A stretch of DNA of 49,545 bases from Girardia tigrina. Taxonomy: Eukaryota. Location: contig MQRK01216362.1 in the NCBI GenBank assembly GCA_001938485.1, forward strand, positions 1 through 49,545, written 5' to 3'. Numbering within the stretch: position 1 is the first letter of the stretch; each line of letters begins with the position of its first letter. Shown here one piece after another: positions 1-41,229 of this stretch. The translations under genes were made by a program, and so were the position numbers. Under the pieces are notes generated by a model that saw only the letters and a list, made by a program, of their open reading frames with translations, did not search any database and had not been told where the DNA came from.

Positions 1-39
1 ATTTAAGTATTTAATCAAAAACTATATTAATCAAAGAAA

Positions 40-1430
40 GATGACCACTGAAAATTGTTGTGAAGAATCTGTGTGCGTTGTAAATAAATGTTTGCATTCA
101 AATTGTGATGTTGTTAATAAAACCTTCAATCTCGATGATTACAGTTAGCAAATCCTCATCAGTCATCTCTGCTTCTCCCAGAATTCTAATTAATGCTTTC
201 TTGGCTTCTATGATCAACACTTCAAATACTCCACCAAAATGCGGCGTTCCAGGTGGATTAAAGATCCACGTAATCCTGTCAACCTTGAGCTCCTTCTTAA
301 TAGCGTAGTGTTGTCAACTTGTATATTCGTGACCTCTCTTGTTGCTCCGACGAAGTTAGAACCATTATCTGTCACTACACAAGAAGGCAACCCTCTTCGT
401 GCTATGAATCTTTGTAACGCTCTGACGAATGAATCTGTGTCCAGAGCCTATTCCATTTCAAGGTGGACTACTCTGGTTTGAAGACACGTAATAAGACACA
501 TATACCGCTTTTCCTTTACTATCCGCCGCCCTTGCTTCGTCATAAATGGTCCAGCATAATCGATTCCGACCTTTTTGAACGCGTAAACTTTCTCTTCTGT
601 TCGAAACTGAGGGGTTGGTGCCATTAGTTGTTGTGTTCCTCTCCTTCGTTGTTTCTGGCACTGAAAACACTCCATCTTGATCTTATGGATTAACCTTCTC
701 CCTCCTATGATCCAGAATTCTTTATTTAGCTCTCCTAAAGATAACTATCGCTACCATAATGTTACAGTTGCTCATGTTGGTTTTTTACTATAAGTGTTGT
801 AATCCAACTCCGACTTGACGATATAATCGGGCAACGAGACTCGTATGGTAGCCATTCAACGTTTACTAGACGACTTTGACTCCGTAATAGTCTTCGATGA
901 TCAATGAATGGATTCAGTCCTTTAATTGAACTCTTCTCCCCAACGAATTTATTCTTACGAACTTTTTCTATCTCATTGCTAAACATCCTTCGTTGTTAAC
1001 TTCGAACAATATCTTCTTCGGTCCAACGCAAATCATTCGCTGACAACTCCCTGAGCTCTCTTTCACACTACTTCTTTTGACAATTCTGAACGAAACGCTT
1101 CACAAATGCTCATACTCTAACTAACTTTCTTCAAAATGAATACGTTTCTGCTTCCAAACAATTTGTTTTCCAATATGATTTTTCTTCTTGAACTCTGGTT
1201 GAAAAACTGAATCGTGACCTTCTTTCCGACATTGTTTTCTCCTTTGATGTCAGTCTCTCCCATCTGGGCCAAAGTTTCTCTTCCAGTTTTAAAAATTCAG
1301 GTCCTTTGTACCACTGATTCATTTTGTCATAATCTTTCTCTTTAATTTCCCTTGATAATTAAGAGCAGTTGGTACAAATCTCCATTGCGTAACACTCGTA
1401 ATCTGTTTTATAAACTCAATTCTGTTTGCC
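40..1430 (-). mobile_element. BEL/Pao LTR retrotransposon pol remnant (post-RNaseH region and integrase), frameshifted
   Basis: WYKGPEFL...WP, LNPFID...LLR, CFQC...QQLMAP, VGIDYAGPF, RYMCLITC...[18 protein letters not shown]. Confidence 0.9.
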
Positions 1431-2019
1431 AAGTGCGAGGAATATTTTAAATTGTTTGAATGTGTAAATGTATTGATGCTGTATGTTGATTTAAGTATGT
1501 TGAGTTTAGAATGGTGATTCTCCCACCCAGATGGAAATTGGTTTTTATATTCATTTAAAGTGATTGACTATTCGAACATAATTAAAATAATCATTTTATA
1601 AGTTCATATTTCTAATTTAACAATTAAAATTAAGTTTAATATTTTTTGATAAAATTTAAATTAAATGTATTTTTAATAATTTGATGACATTTTTATTATT
1701 TTGGGATTTCTTGAGAAATGGTAAAAATTAGTATTCTTAATTAATATGTTTTAGAGGTTAAATATTTTAAAAAATAATTTAGAAAAATTGTTCAAATAAT
1801 CATGATTAAAAACAGAAATAAGAAAACCAATTAGAATGATGGCAAACGATGAAAGACCTTCTGAGAGTCTTAATGACTCTAAATGTAATTGCAATAAAGA
1901 TTTAAACGAGACTTGTTTAAATGTTCTTAATACCAAAAATGGTTTATATTGTTTTCCATGCATTTACATCTTCGCTATCGCACCAGAAAATGAATTTATT
2001 TAAATCATAGTTGATAGCC

Positions 2020-2460
2020 TTTGATATCTTTTAAGCTACTTTCACTCAAAGACAAGCTCCTAATCGCGATACCGATACTGTTTTCGTCGGTGACACCTTT
2101 GTTTTAGCCATAATGAAATTGCTTCTTATCTATGTCTCTCTTTTTTCTACCGCAAATCCAACTGCTACATATGCATTAATTGGTGCATCGGAAAATATGT
2201 GGATCTTCATTTCACTCTTTTCCATTGAAAATAGAACCCTGTCGCAAAATACATGTTTCAGGGTTTGCAGTTCCTCAATTGAAGCACAATCTCTTATGCA
2301 TCGCTACTTCTCGCCGCTGATTTACTGTTAAATCCATGAACAACTTACATTCACTTATATAACGATTATCCTGACAATATCTGCAGACTATATTTTTATT
2401 CCTTGATCCATTGTCTGTCAATCTTTCTGATCTAATCTTATCGCTATCATTGAAAAATGT
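2020..2460 (-). mobile_element. BEL/Pao remnant: gag zinc knuckle fused to RNase H (Peptidase_A17) segment
   Basis: CRYC...C..F....RREVAMHKRLCFN, then IHIFSDAPINAY...FIMAKTKVSP read on the minus strand. Confidence 0.8.
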
Positions 2461-2545
2461 ATTCTTTTTTCTAGTTTCAAAATTCAACCACAAAAAAATC
2501 AACCACAACCTACTATAATTCTATTCTTATTTTAATGACATTATA

Positions 2546-3147
2546 TGTATGGTCGGACGCCTCCTATCTTGCCTGACAACTGCTTAGCAGTGCCAAGCTC
2601 AAGGGGCCTTCGGTTTCAAATCAAGACAGGATGGGCTATGGGCCCCCCACCTAGCTTAGTGTCGCTCGGGGATGATTTAAAACATATGTATTTATTTAAT
2701 CCTTTAGTGAGTGCGTCGCTCATGTTTGTCTACCATGCGGTTGTTATATTGACGTTCATGACTTATGGCACTGTTGTGTTTGAGTGTTGTTTAACTTGCG
2801 ACACTGTTGTGTAACATTAGACTTGTGGCATGGTTGCGTAGTGTGGATAACCATCGTACCGATTATGTAACGTGTATTATTGGTGTCCCCTTGTATCTGA
2901 AATTATTAAATCATTATTGTTATGTATTGTTATCATCACGCGCTGCTGTAAATAATTACCGGTTTGGGTTTATTCGCATCATTGAACCACATATCAGAAC
3001 TCAGTACTACCTTACTATGTCATCGTTTGAGTCAGTGGCACCCCTGTTGATTCCGGTTTAGTACCTTTTATACGAGCCCATTTCAAAATTGTTTATTTTT
3101 GCATCAATCTAGCTTACGGCCACTTCTTGGTCGATTTACCAACAACA
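2546..3147. mobile_element. Candidate solo LTR
   Basis: GC-richer non-coding block with TGT...ACA termini; no target-site duplication found. Confidence 0.4.
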
Positions 3148-3561
3148 GATTGTAATTCTTATTGATTCGCTTCATTTTTAACGCGAGTTGTCACTATTAG
3201 ATTCTTAGACCAGCTAAAATTCTGATACTAGAATAGGTGAGTAATCTCTTAAGAGAAAATTTTTGTCTTATTTCACTTCAACGCATTTTTATTTAATAGT
3301 TATAGTTGAGTCGATGCTGAGTCAGTATTTATCTTTCTTATACGTGTTAATTTTAGAGAAATCTCATTTAAAATTTCAAAATTTTACTTGTTTACAAATT
3401 TTTATTATACCTGACTCGATGAATTCCATTTTTTTTTATTTACAAAAGTTTACTGCACTTGATTTGATAAATAAGAAAGATAAATTTAAAATCCTAAAAT
3501 CAAGAAAACTCGTGTTCATAAAAATTTCTCAAAATTTTATTTGTTTAAATATTTGACATTA

Positions 3562-4850
3562 ATTTCAGCGGAAGGTCATTTATAATCGAATTTCACCCCG
3601 TGCTAGTGGGCTATAACGTTCGGCCGTTTCCGACATGTCGCTCAGCGATATTGATCTTACGTTGGTAATAATCAATCGCGGCTCGTTTCGAATGTCATTA
3701 TTATTTACATCGACCTCGGGTTCAGGGAATGTCCCGAGAGTTTCCATTAAATGCTCGATAAGTTGATCTTCAATTCTGGACATTGTAAAGGGGAGCAACG
3801 ACGACCGGGGCACCTACCCTCTCTCTTTAACTTGTAGGAGTGTAATAAAATCTAAGGTTAGTGAAAATCAATTATAAAAGAGAATCGATACTTATAATAC
3901 TTATATTTAGAATAATTGAATTAAATAAAGCATAAATAATAGAAGTTTTATTTACGATTTGATATCCGGAGGATGGCTATCGGCAACTCGATATGGTAAT
4001 GAAATTTTGGAATTTCTGGTTTGGGATTTATGTCGTTCCTCGCTAGTTTGACGCGTGGTCATTAATGGTCCTCGCGTCCTTGTGTGGCGTTTGACGTCCG
4101 TTCAAGGATCCTCTAGTTGTAATTACTTTCAGTAGGACGTAAATTCGGAGCGCTAAATTCTTCGAGTTCCTTCGAAATTGATGTCTATCTTCGTTCAGGT
4201 ATATTCGGTTCAAATAGTGTCTGACGCTTGTCTTGAAATGTTCAAGAATTTGTTCAAATAATTGTTGTTTTTAAATGGTAAAATGGTCGTCACATTTATA
4301 GAGCTAGAGAAACACCCTGTTACTCTTCGTGGGCCAACCAGGCTTTGCCAACGACAGTTTGACTAATTTTCAAACTTTTGATTGGTCGGGCGTGTCGGTG
4401 TGTCTCCAAAATGTTTAGAAGTTTTTTATTTTATTATGGCATAGCTGACTGCGTGCCGACACACCCTCTGCAGACTGTCTGTACCAAGCGCTCTGTCATT
4501 CACGGATTATTCATAGTGAATAATCGCATGATGCCTCATTTGGACTTTCGGGATGATTTACGTAATTTTTAATTAATCTTCCGATTTTGATAGGGGTATA
4601 TCTTCGTCTGGGAAAGCCCTATCGGTTTGCGGATTTCAGCCATGGATGCGACTCGACAAGAGCTCATGTGAAGGTTCGGTTGATACTCTAAGTCTTTTGG
4701 GGAGTTCAGTAGGCGATTTTATTAACTTTCGAGTTTATATTAATTAATTCAATAATTATTCAGACCAACGGCTTTTTCCCAAATGCTGGGGACCTTCTGG
4801 TAGGCCGCGATACGAGGGAAGGAGCCGCTCTACCCTGTTACCACTGAAAT
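3562..4850 (-). mobile_element. Unclassified GC-rich element with 10-bp inverted ends (LTR-like interior)
   Basis: ATTTCAGCGG / CCACTGAAAT ends; minus-strand CTATAAAT near 4297 and AATAAA near 3950; 77-codon ORF at 3580-3813. Confidence 0.35.
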
Positions 4851-6410
4851 ATACATGCACTCCCGTCTTGTAATGTGATAAGTTTGTTAATAAATGTATT
4901 CTGGTGTTAAACGTCTCTTTTCTCTTTTGTAAACTATCTTAACACTGGTGTGGATGTAGATATGAGTTTTCGACCGCAACAAGTCCATACTTTGATTTAG
5001 ATGTCGATTCAATGATTCAATTAATTTTCAATTAGTTTCAGTTTGATTTGATTCTATTTTTCTGATGCGTACTTTTTAGTAATTTGCACAAATAAATGTA
5101 TTGTCTTTTTACACTTGACGGTCGTTTTTATAAAACAATTTTCGCTCCTTGGGTGGTTGACTACTGATCGCAATTAAAATTCTTGAAATTCCTTTTGTTA
5201 GGGTTTCGAAAAGTACATATGAACACTTTTGATAAAATTTTGTGTAGAAAAAATTTTAAAATAATTCTTTTGGTAAAATTATTAATTTCAAACAAAATAG
5301 TATTTAGTTTAACAAAATTTGGAATCTAAAATTAAAAATATTTTGTTTTATTTTATCAATTTTCAAGGCTGATGAAAATTACTATATAAACAGCAGTAAA
5401 TTTAGTTTAGTTTGCCCAAAAAAATTCTATTAAGAAAGACAAAAACCAAGGAGGCAAGTAAAATTGTAATAAAGAATTATTTTATTTATTATTCTTTTAA
5501 AGCATTCTTTTTTTAAACCATAAGTATCCCGTATGGAAGAAAAAGGTTTAATTTAAAACTAAAACTACCGTTCGTTTTGGAAATTCTCAGTTTTTACTGT
5601 AATCTTTAAACTCGTACGAAATATTGATTTGTATTTGTGTTCTGTAATCACGAATTGAATTATTATTTTTTGACGTGTTAATTTTTGTTATTTGAAATAA
5701 AGTTTCATAAAATAATTTGTGTTCATTGTTTATTTATTTATGTTGGAAGTCCTTACTGATTACTTGGAGTCAGATTAAAGAGTAAAGATTAAAGATTTGT
5801 GTTTTTAAAAAGTAAATATTTAAGATTAAAGATTTGAATACCCAAAACTTCTTAAATGTCAAATTTAATTGATAATAAAATGTCTTCCTCTAGATAATTA
5901 AGGTCTCTTTGCTTGACAAAATCTTTTCCTTTTTTATACCCTTATTCTAAAATAATTATTTTTAAAGTTTAATTTCTAAATAAACTCTATTACTTTCTTA
6001 TGGTAAATGTCTTTTTTTATTTAATCTTGGCTATTTACCTTTTAAATCTATTCTTAATTTAATTGTTTATATATATAATTTATATTTACTAAAATAAAAG
6101 AGTAAATATCTCTATTTTACTCTAATTAATTAAAACAAAAATTTATAAAATAATTTAATTATATTATATCCTGAACAAATGTTTAAAATATTTTTTTTGC
6201 AATTTTAACCAACTTGCTCTGATGCAATCGAATCATTATCATTTATTATTTGAATTATTATTATTATATTTTCTTTTTACTTATTAAAAAATTTAAATTA
6301 AAAAAAATTAAATTTAATAAATTGAAAAAATTAAATCCCAATTTGAAACAATAAATAATAACTACAATTTATAAATTAAAACAGAAACTTTCAAAGACGA
6401 AAATTTAGCT

Positions 6411-6525
6411 CCCCGCCATACACGACGGGTCTTTTCCTATGTACAAAATAATATAGAGAAATTATTGAAACTAATGAAAATTGTAGCAACCAGCAAAGAC
6501 CGGCACGCCGGGCTAAAACTCTAGT
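6411..6525 (+). mobile_element. Two tandem Helitron-like 3' termini
   Basis: CCCGCC..GACGGG hairpin followed by degenerate CTATG-T; CCGGC-AC-GCCGG hairpin followed 9 nt later by CTAG|T. Confidence 0.55.
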
Positions 6526-7199
6526 TCATAATATTTATTTCAACAATTTTAATAAAGTACGTTATACACTATTTTAGATAAGTAAATTCATAATGTATTG
6601 CCTTCCATTTGTAAAACAGAAAATCAAATGATAAAATAATTAGTTCATATAAAAAATGAATTTCTAATTCACAAAACAGATTTCACACATATAATATTAG
6701 TCAAAGAATGAAGTTTTCATTTTTCTATTGTTTAAATATCTTTCTATCATAAATTACTTTATTCAATGAAAAGATGTAAAATTAATTTCTAAATTTTAAT
6801 CTAATGGTACTAGTTTTTGCTTCCTTTATATCACTTATCAATATACAATGAAATTTTTGTAATTTTATTCATTCATCATTTTTTTAACAAAACGAAAAAT
6901 TCATTTTTTTAGAATGACACTTTAAAAACTTTAATAAATTACTTATAATCATAAAAAATTTTTTCTGTTTTATCATTTTTTCCAGACAAATTTTGTATTT
7001 TTCTCACAATTTCTATTTTAATCAAAAGTATATTTGTTTTAAAAATAAAAAATTTAACCAAACTTTAAATCTTAATTAAATTTATATATTTTTTAATAAA
7101 GTGATAGGATTTTTATTGTACATTAAACAGTAAACGTTTTATTTCTCTATTTTTTTAATCGAAATTTCTATTACGAAATTATTGTTTTAGAAATTATAA

Positions 7200-35893
<28,694 letters not shown>

Positions 35894-36189
35894 ATATCTT
35901 GATTTATTTCAGTAAAATCGCTCATTGTGCAGACATTTGTATCTATATTTTGTAAATGTAAATAATTTTAATTGATCAGATTCTGTATGTTTTTAATATA
36001 CACATATAACATTTGTTGACTTTTCAATAACTACTTTTTGTTCTTTAGTGAATTTGAAATCGTAAAACTTTACAGGGGACAATTAAGAGTTTTTTATCGG
36101 TACTTTGAGTGAAATAAATTTAAAAATAATAGATCTTCTTGTAAGTAATTTGATAATTAATACCAATGGATCAATTTTCTTTTTTATAA

Positions 36190-36705
36190 ATGATAACGAC
36201 TTTTTCCAGCTGAATTAGACTAATTTTGATGCTCTGAGTCTGAAAATGACCTTGGTTTTGCTCAATCAAGTCAGGATTTTTTGTTACAGAAATTTTTAAA
36301 AAATTGATTTTTCTTTTAAAAAAATTACTGCGGCTCATCAGCTGAGAAACTCCTGACGATTTTTTCCCGTTTTTTTCAAGAAATAAAATTCCACCTATCC
36401 AAATACATTCAGTTTTTATTTAGTCCATCAAATTCGATAAGCATAATTATATATAATATTAGTATAAAAATGAGCGTTATGTAACACAAAAGTTCAGAAT
36501 TCAAGGTATAAATCAGCGTTTCTTCGATTCCCGTGTGTGAGCAGGGGTTGTCTCTCTTCAGCGTACAGCAGTAGTCCGCCATCATGACTGCGTGCCATTT
36601 CCCCTGGTACTTCTCCATTTGGCGCATGTCCTTCCTCCCTGCTCGTCGCTTATCGCCCCAAAGTTTTCCATGTGTGAGAATAGGAAGTACATCTTTATAC
36701 TTATT
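36190..36705 (-). mobile_element. Chapaev3-like (CMC superfamily) transposase C-terminal remnant with flanking end sequence
   Basis: SIKMYFLFSH..NFGAISDEQG...MEKYQGKWHAVMMADYCCTLKRD matches the KIHFLHSH/GAVSDEQGERFHQ/MMADYCW pattern. Confidence 0.75.
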
Positions 36706-37744
36706 TGGATTTATTGTTAGTTGATTTTAGAGATTTTTTTATTGATGTGTTGTTTTTAGAGTTTGTGCCTTTTATACGATTTTGATTCCCTATCAATTAA
36801 AAAAAGGAAGGAATAATTTTTCATAACAATTTTTCAGAAACAGTTGTTTAAAAATAAAATAATTACAGTATTTTGAATCTTGTAAACTGGAATGTTAGTT
36901 TATAATTGATTAAGGAAATGAGCAGTAAATATTTTATTTTGAAAATGAAAAAAGCAGAATAGAATATGATAAATCTAAAATTCTAGGAAATAAAAATGAG
37001 GTTCATTTATTATCAATTTGACTCGAGTGTTAAATATTATAGATATAAATGAACTGGATACAGATTAAACTAAAACAGATAATAAGGAGCTTCCGATTAC
37101 AAATAAATTACATTTCAAGAATGGTACTTTTGTTAGGGTGTGTGCACAAATTAATCGAATAAAAATATCAATTTTCTAAAACTTTCAAGTTATTTGAATA
37201 ATTTGCGTATTGTTTAGTTTGCATGAATAAATTATTTTGATTTAAAGAAATAAATCCGAAAATATAATTTTCGATAAAATTGATTCAGCGTTAAGTTTCA
37301 TGTGTAGTATTAGAAATTTAAGACAAAATGGTATAATTAGTTTAATGTTTTTTTCTTTTTCAATTAATTGCGAATGTCAAATAATTTGTTCGGAAACTAG
37401 TGTCTATGACAATGTTGGCAATCAACAAACCACATATATAAATGGAAAAATAAAAGCAGGTCTCTTGCAAAATTTGAAAATAACAATATTATATTATATA
37501 CTATATGATATTGTTTTACTATGTTTTTGAATGTTACAACTTCGATTTACACAAGAATCGAAAGGATTTTTACATTACATCATTTCTCTTTTGATGGGAG
37601 ATATGGATGCATTTCTAACACTTTATCAATCAAAATTGAAACTTAATAATAAAAAAAATTTTCAACTATAATCAGCTCTAACAATTGCCAATTTCTTTTT
37701 TCTCTTATTGTTGACATGTTAATAGATATTCAATGTTAATAATA

Positions 37745-38135
37745 TTCAATTTAATTGAAAGGAACATTAAAATCAACACATTTTTGAAAACTAGTGGCAA
37801 GCCGATTGATTCAATTAGCGAAAACATTTTGTGGTCGGGTATAGATGAAGTCGAAGAATGCTCCTTTAATATAGATAAATTTATCAAGATACTGGAAAAA
37901 GTGGTAATCCGTTGGCGAACTTCATTCTCAGAATCTTTCAATTTCTGTACAGTTATCCGTGAAACCAGTGATTTGGCACTGTCATGCAAGAGAATTGAGT
38001 CACTCCTTTTGACTAATCTTGGCTGATGTTAGTGCCATTTTTTCAAACATATCGTCAATTTCTAGATATAGTTCTGTTTTAATAGTTTTATATGTTTCCA
38101 AGAAGTTTTAGTGGATGTAGGGGTCAGCAAGTTTA
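37745..38135 (-). mobile_element. Degenerate mariner transposase remnant (cecropia/Hsmar1-like)
   Basis: QPRLVKRSDSILLHDSAK...TVQKLK...TDYHFFQYLDKF...FQKCVD, read across frameshifts. Confidence 0.72.
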
Positions 38136-38715
38136 ACCGTTAAACGTGTACTTTCATAATTTGTGGTTAATGTTTAGCAATAATAAAACGCGTTTAACGT
38201 ATTTTTTAATGTTTATTTTTCCTCGATTAGACATAAAATAATTAGCTGAACATTTTACAATCATACAATTCTGCAAATGTACTTGTTTTGCTATTCGCAG
38301 TCACAATAAAAAGCGCATCTTAAGCATCTTAAATCATCATGACAGAAAATTTCCAACATCACTATAAATTTCTCAAGACCCTGTTTTCGGAAGATTTTCG
38401 ACAAGACAGTAGATTGTTTATCACTTCAAAAGGCTACTTGAGTCATTCATCATTGAGGCTCACAGCAATCGACATTGTAATTTACCCACTACAGTCATAC
38501 AAAGATTTTATACAGTTATTATATATATATAGACATACCTCGTGTGAGGAATATTTGGTGTGTGGATGTTTTTGTGTAGTTTTTGTATGTTTAAATGTTG
38601 TATGTTGATTTGGGATTGTGCCTCTCCTAACCAGATGGATTGTCAATATTTAATTTTTTATAATCTGAAACTAATTTATTTAAAGTTAGATTTAATATTC
38701 AAATTTTTAGTTTTT

Positions 38716-39608
38716 NNNNNNNNNNNNNNNNNNNNNNNNNNNNNNNNNNNNNNNNNNNNNNNNNNNNNNNNNNNNNNNNNNNNNNNNNNNNNNNNNNNNN
38801 NNNNNNNNNNNNNNNNNNNNNNNNNNNNNNNNNNNNNNNNNNNNNNNNNNNNNNNNNNNNNNNNNNNNNNNNNNNNNNNNNNNNNNNNNNNNNNNNNNNN
38901 NNNNNNNNNNNNNNNNNNNNNNNNNNNNNNNNNNNNNNNNNNNNNNNNNNNNNNNNNNNNNNNNNNNNNNNNNNNNNNNNNNNNNNNNNNNNNNNNNNNN
39001 NNNNNNNNNNNNNNNNNNNNNNNNNNNNNNNNNNNNNNNNNNNNNNNNNNNNNNNNNNNNNNNNNNNNNNNNNNNNNNNNNNNNNNNNNNNNNNNNNNNN
39101 NNNNNNNNNNNNNNNNNNNNNNNNNNNNNNNNNNNNNNNNNNNNNNNNNNNNNNNNNNNNNNNNNNNNNNNNNNNNNNNNNNNNNNNNNNNNNNNNNNNN
39201 NNNNNNNNNNNNNNNNNNNNNNNNNNNNNNNNNNNNNNNNNNNNNNNNNNNNNNNNNNNNNNNNNNNNNNNNNNNNNNNNNNNNNNNNNNNNNNNNNNNN
39301 NNNNNNNNNNNNNNNNNNNNNNNNNNNNNNNNNNNNNNNNNNNNNNNNNNNNNNNNNNNNNNNNNNNNNNNNNNNNNNNNNNNNNNNNNNNNNNNNNNNN
39401 NNNNNNNNNNNNNNNNNNNNNNNNNNNNNNNNNNNNNNNNNNNNNNNNNNNNNNNNNNNNNNNNNNNNNNNNNNNNNNNNNNNNNNNNNNNNNNNNNNNN
39501 NNNNNNNNNNNNNNNNNNNNNNNNNNNNNNNNNNNNNNNNNNNNNNNNNNNNNNNNNNNNNNNNNNNNNNNNNNNNNNNNNNNNNNNNNNNNNNNNNNNN
39601 NNNNNNNN
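38716..39608. other. Assembly gap (N run)
   Basis: 893 N. Confidence 1.
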
Positions 39609-39705
39609 AAAAAATATTTTGAAGTTAAAATTATTTTTTTTCATAAAATCAAAAGAGCGCTATAACGAAACAGCGCTAAAAGAGGTAGCGTTAATCGAGG
39701 TATGC

Positions 39706-39708
<3 letters not shown>

Positions 39709-39748
<40 letters not shown>
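39709..39748. repeat. (TA)n microsatellite
   Basis: Direct reading. Confidence 0.95.
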
Positions 39749-39752
<4 letters not shown>

Positions 39753-40129
39753 TATCAAAGAATCATTGTGCATGGTAAATGTGTGGTTGTGGATAAAGTA
39801 ATTTGTTCTTTATTTAATGTTTATGTAATATGCTTATTGAAGTGTGGGGTACCAGTGGAGTGTTATTTCGAAAACCAAACAAATAATTAATAATATTTTT
39901 AATAAAATAATTTTGAGTAATAGTTATTGTAATATTCTAGCATTATTTAAATACTGAATAATTTAAATTGATAAAAGAAAAGATCGGTTATTTGACAAGT
40001 TTATTAAAAACAAAATCTATCGATTTAAATAATCGATAAAAAAATCATTATTTTTATTTAACAAAAATTAAATTAAAAATCATTATTTTTAATTCAACAA
40101 AATTGAATTAAAATTAATTTATTGATTAA

Positions 40130-40810
40130 ATAAAGTTGTCACTTTACATATTCCCCAGTGGAAGAAGTGGAGTGTCCTGGCAAGTGAACGTCGGTTTGTG
40201 ATAATCAATCGATATTGTTTTGTGTTGGCCGTTTATATTCAGAACGATTGTCTTCAGATTGGCGCAACACTTTATAAGGTCCTTCGTATGGTGATTTGAA
40301 AGAACCGATGATGTCCCTTCTTAAACAGACTTCCGTGAACGTTGATAATACTGATGGAACAAAGATTTTACGTGTCAGCTTTTTGTTTACAGCCGGACTT
40401 TTAAAACCACGAATGGCTGTTTCTATATCTTCTTTGGAATAAGTCGATTGATTTTCACTGTCCAAGATAATATCTCCCGGAAGGTAAGTGGAAGAGCCGT
40501 ACAATAGTTGTGACGGTGAGGCGTTTGATCCGGTTATCGTCGAGTTCTGCAGTCCGAGCAGTATAATTGGAAGATCATGTGCCCACGATTGCTCTGCTGT
40601 GTCCGAATAGGTTTTGAGCGTGTGCTTTAGTGATCTGTGGAACCGCTCGATTTTTCCGTTGCACTCCGGGTGGTGCGGTGTCGTATGGCGGTGTTTGATC
40701 CTGAATTTTTGGCACGTTTGTTTGAAATGATTTGAGAGGAATTGTCTTCCTTGGTCGGTAATAACGATTTCTGGAGGGCCAAATCAGCTGATCCTCGTGG
40801 AAACGAAAGC
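40130..40810 (-). mobile_element. Ty3/Gypsy integrase remnant with polypurine tract and start of the 3' LTR
   Basis: HPECNGKIERFHRSLK, LPIILLGLQ, ASPSQLLYG, SPYEGPYKVL (GPY/F); CTGGGGAATA|TGTAAAG at about 40158-40142. Confidence 0.82.
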
Positions 40811-41229
40811 TCTTAATATGGCGGCGCACGATGTAAATGACTGAAACAGTAATGAGTGGAAAATTTTGTGGCATAATTAGTACAGCAAATTATGTTGTAA
40901 GTGTGATTTTTTATTTAAAAAAATAGATGATGATTCAGGGTCGGAACTATTCTATCGCCAGTCCCCACAAGGCGAGACAGGCCTAAAGCAGCTCAATCCA
41001 AAGGCCAGAAAGTGCTTTTGCGCGGAGCGGGAACAAAATTTGTACCAGTCGATCACTTGTCGCCTAATATTTTTAAAGTCGATCGCCAATGGTTTATGTC
41101 TGAGGTCTAAAACATCAAACTCTAAAAAATTGATCAATTGATTATTTTATTTTTCGTTTGAAGTTGGTATAATGTTGATACAAAGATATGTTTTTTCTGT
41201 ATTGGTGTTGCAGTATGCAGAGGTGTAAC

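Noticed and set aside
4935-4962. AACA followed by CTGGTGTGG, resembling an LTR end plus primer-binding site
   Set aside because: Could not match it to a tRNA 3' end or find a partner LTR.
7130-7190. Acceptor 9 nt upstream of the Domino ATG as a spliced-leader trans-splice site
   Set aside because: A cis donor GTAAAC at 7130 gives an ordinary 61-nt 5' UTR intron; cannot distinguish without transcripts.
36325-36362. CUGAUGAG (minus) and CUGACGA (plus) motifs
   Set aside because: No correctly placed GAAA after a stem; lies in the Chapaev-like end sequence.
38560-39801. Long ORFs of 413 and 322 aa in the track
   Set aside because: Artefacts of translating the N gap.
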